Of a stretch of 48,467 nt of DNA, positions 47,353-48,467 are shown one piece after another. The position numbers and the translations under genes are program-made. The stretch is from an uncultured Lentisphaeraceae bacterium. GTDB taxonomy: Bacteria > Verrucomicrobiota > Kiritimatiellia > RFP12 > UBA1067. The DNA is taken from the NCBI GenBank assembly GCA_964420685.1, contig CAYQUI010000004.1:1-48467 (forward strand). The letters run 5' to 3'. Numbering within the stretch: the first letter of the stretch is position 1; each line of letters opens with the position of its first letter. The notes under the pieces are model-generated. The model did no database searches. It worked only from the letters and a program-made list of their open reading frames with translations, and was not told where the DNA came from.

Positions 47353-48244
47353 TGCGGAGGTCGTGCGTGTCCTTCTTCTTGGACGCCTCGCCGTCCTCCT
47401 TGAAATAGGAGACAGGTGACAGGTCTTCGTCCGATGTCGTGTCCGCGCGTTTGGCTTTTGATTCGCTTTCCGTGTCCGCGTTTTCGGGAAGGGTCTCCTC
47501 CAGCCGATCCAAGTCATCGAGAATCTGATCAATGACCTCGCGCGAGACACGTGCGCGCGAAGGGGTGTCGGCAGACGGTCGAGAAGGGGACTGACGACGC
47601 GCATCTGAATCTGTGGTTGCCGCAGGCGGGCGCGGCGCATAGAGTTCAGGATAGTGTTTGCGCCGATAGGCCTCAAGTTCTTCCTCGCGGCGCCGCTTCT
47701 GTTCCTCGGCGGCCTTTTCCTTTTCGGCGGCCAATTCGGCCTTTAGGCGTTGAATCTCAAGTTCCTCGGCTGTGGGGGGCTTGGGCTTGGCGGCTTCGGC
47801 GGCGGCCTGTTGCTCGGCACGTCGAGCTTCGGCTTCCGCCATGGCCTTGTCGGCCTTGGCTTGGGCTTCCGTGAGCTTGCGCTGCATTTCCTCAAGCTTC
47901 GTCGTGAACGCGAGGACGGCCGCGCTGTCCTGCGGCGGCTGGACGACGACGGGTGCCGCGACACCGTGGTCTTTCATCGCGAACTCGACCAGGCGGTCGT
48001 TCAACTGCTGGTTGCGGCTGGAGACGTTCACGAGCAAGACGACGAAGATCGCGATGACGGCCAGCATCAGAACGCCGAAGAAGGCACCAAGCGCGAGAAG
48101 ACGTTTGCGAGCCTTGGCCTGTTCGGCGTCAATGTACTGCTGGAATGCCTTGAGGACGGGAAAGTCATCGAGCGCATCGCCCGTGCCGCCATAGACGCTG
48201 ACGGCGCGCGCGCCAAATTCAGGATTGATTGGATTCGTATTCAT
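47309..48244 (-). CDS. Hypothetical single-pass membrane protein with a charged coiled-coil and disordered tail
   Basis: This is the only convincing minus-strand ORF. It has one TM helix (LLALGAFFGVLMLAVIAIFVVLLV). After that come a heptad-like E/K/A-rich region (EEMQRKLTEAQAKADKAMAEAEARRAEQQ...) and an acidic low-complexity tail. I recognised no family. Confidence 0.6.
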   Translation of the reverse strand: MNTNPINPEFGARAVSVYGGTGDALDDFPVLKAFQQYIDAEQAKARKRLLALGAFFGVLMLAVIAIFVVLLVNVSSRNQQLNDRLVEFAMKDHGVAAPVVVQPPQDSAAVLAFTTKLEEMQRKLTEAQAKADKAMAEAEARRAEQQAAAEAAKPKPPTAEELEIQRLKAELAAEKEKAAEEQKRRREEELEAYRRKHYPELYAPRPPAATTDSDARRQSPSRPSADTPSRARVSREVIDQILDDLDRLEETLPENADTESESKAKRADTTSDEDLSPVSYFKEDGEASKKKDTHDLRIKSGETSLDWGIPD

Positions 48245-48261
48245 TTTCAGTCCTTTGATTA

Positions 48262-48270
48262 TGGTATAAT
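48262..48270 (+). promoter_or_regulatory. Extended -10 element TGgTATAAT (+ strand), overlapping a TATTAT -10 on the - strand
   Basis: TATAAT at 48265-48270. The reverse complement of 48266-48271 is TATTAT, 21 nt upstream of the minus-strand ATG, whose leader carries AAAGGA. Confidence 0.45.
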
Positions 48271-48276
48271 ATGCGT

Positions 48277-48399
48277 ATGAAGTTTTTCCCGTATTTTTTT
48301 ATTTCGTTGGCATTTGTGTTTTTGGCACTGGACGATTTGGCGCAAGCCGTCTATTGTCTTGCATTTGCCGCGTTGTGGCGTATGCTATTAGTTGACTAG
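48277..48399 (+). CDS. Possible 40-aa hydrophobic peptide (leaderless)
   Basis: ATG 48277 lies 7 nt after the -10 hexamer. The ORF encodes MKFFPYFFISLAFVFLALDDLAQAVYCLAFAALWRMLLVD. It was hand-translated, is absent from the track (<60 aa), and sits in an AT-rich context. Confidence 0.25.
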   Translation: MKFFPYFFISLAFVFLALDDLAQAVYCLAFAALWRMLLVD

Positions 48400-48404
48400 A
48401 CCCA

Positions 48405-48434
48405 TTGACAACAGCCTGTCAGATTTGGTATCAT
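48405..48434 (+). promoter_or_regulatory. Near-consensus sigma70 promoter TTGACA - 18 nt - (TGg)TATCAT reading out of the window
   Basis: TTGACA at 48405-48410, TGG at 48426-48428 and TATCAT at 48429-48434. The downstream target lies beyond the window edge. Confidence 0.5.
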
Positions 48435-48467
48435 TATGTGCGTGGTGCATAACCTGCGTTATGTAAA

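Noticed and set aside
48245-48467. Possible replication origin: an AT-rich tract next to a strand switch.
   Set aside because: I saw no cluster of DnaA boxes (TTATCCACA or its complement) and no dnaA or dnaN nearby. Genes further to the left run toward the tract, not away from it. The only DnaA-box-like 9-mer I found is at 16744-16752, in the nrdD promoter.

Overview
This is a high-GC (roughly two-thirds G+C by eye), very densely packed bacterial chromosomal segment. I call about 45 CDS on the + strand and one on the - strand at the far right end. I saw no rRNA, tRNA, CRISPR array, transposase, integrase or phage genes.

The content is mostly housekeeping: secA, ispD, rsgA, glgA, rsfS, trmB, dapL, nrdD, secG, gpmI, galE, pyrK/pyrD, truA, rlmI and a TrpB2-type gene. 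Class III RNR, a flavodiiron protein and indolepyruvate:ferredoxin oxidoreductase point to an anaerobe. DapL together with Tat-exported Gfo/Idh/MocA, DUF1080 and xylose-isomerase-like TIM-barrel proteins suggests a PVC-group organism (Kiritimatiellia, Lentisphaeria or Verrucomicrobia-like); this is inference only.

All product calls rest on motif recognition in the supplied translations; no searches were run. Many track ORFs begin too far upstream, so I re-set starts using conserved N-termini, SD sites and promoter positions.

I do not see a clear defence, toxin or mobile system. The observations most worth a second look are:
1. An operon segment encoding three lipoproteins (DUF1080, Tat-Gfo/Idh/MocA, Tat-TIM-barrel) with DedA and a GH27 enzyme. 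It looks like a periplasmic oxidative glycoside-cleavage module. It is followed by an unusual pairing of an OppD-type ATPase with a duplicated FtsX permease.
2. An 8-nt-period NNCCAAAC tandem array that fills the G-free leader of gpmI. A related array sits in-frame inside pyrK.
3. Four helically phased CTTAAG palindromes plus an 18-bp hairpin that covers the SD of a minimal comEC.
4. Isolated (TGn)TATAAT islands that head about 11 transcription units. Five or six of them lie so close to the ATG that the mRNAs should be leaderless.
5. Tandem NrdR-like boxes at nrdD.
6. An AT-rich right edge with overlapping divergent -10 elements and a 40-codon hydrophobic ORF.
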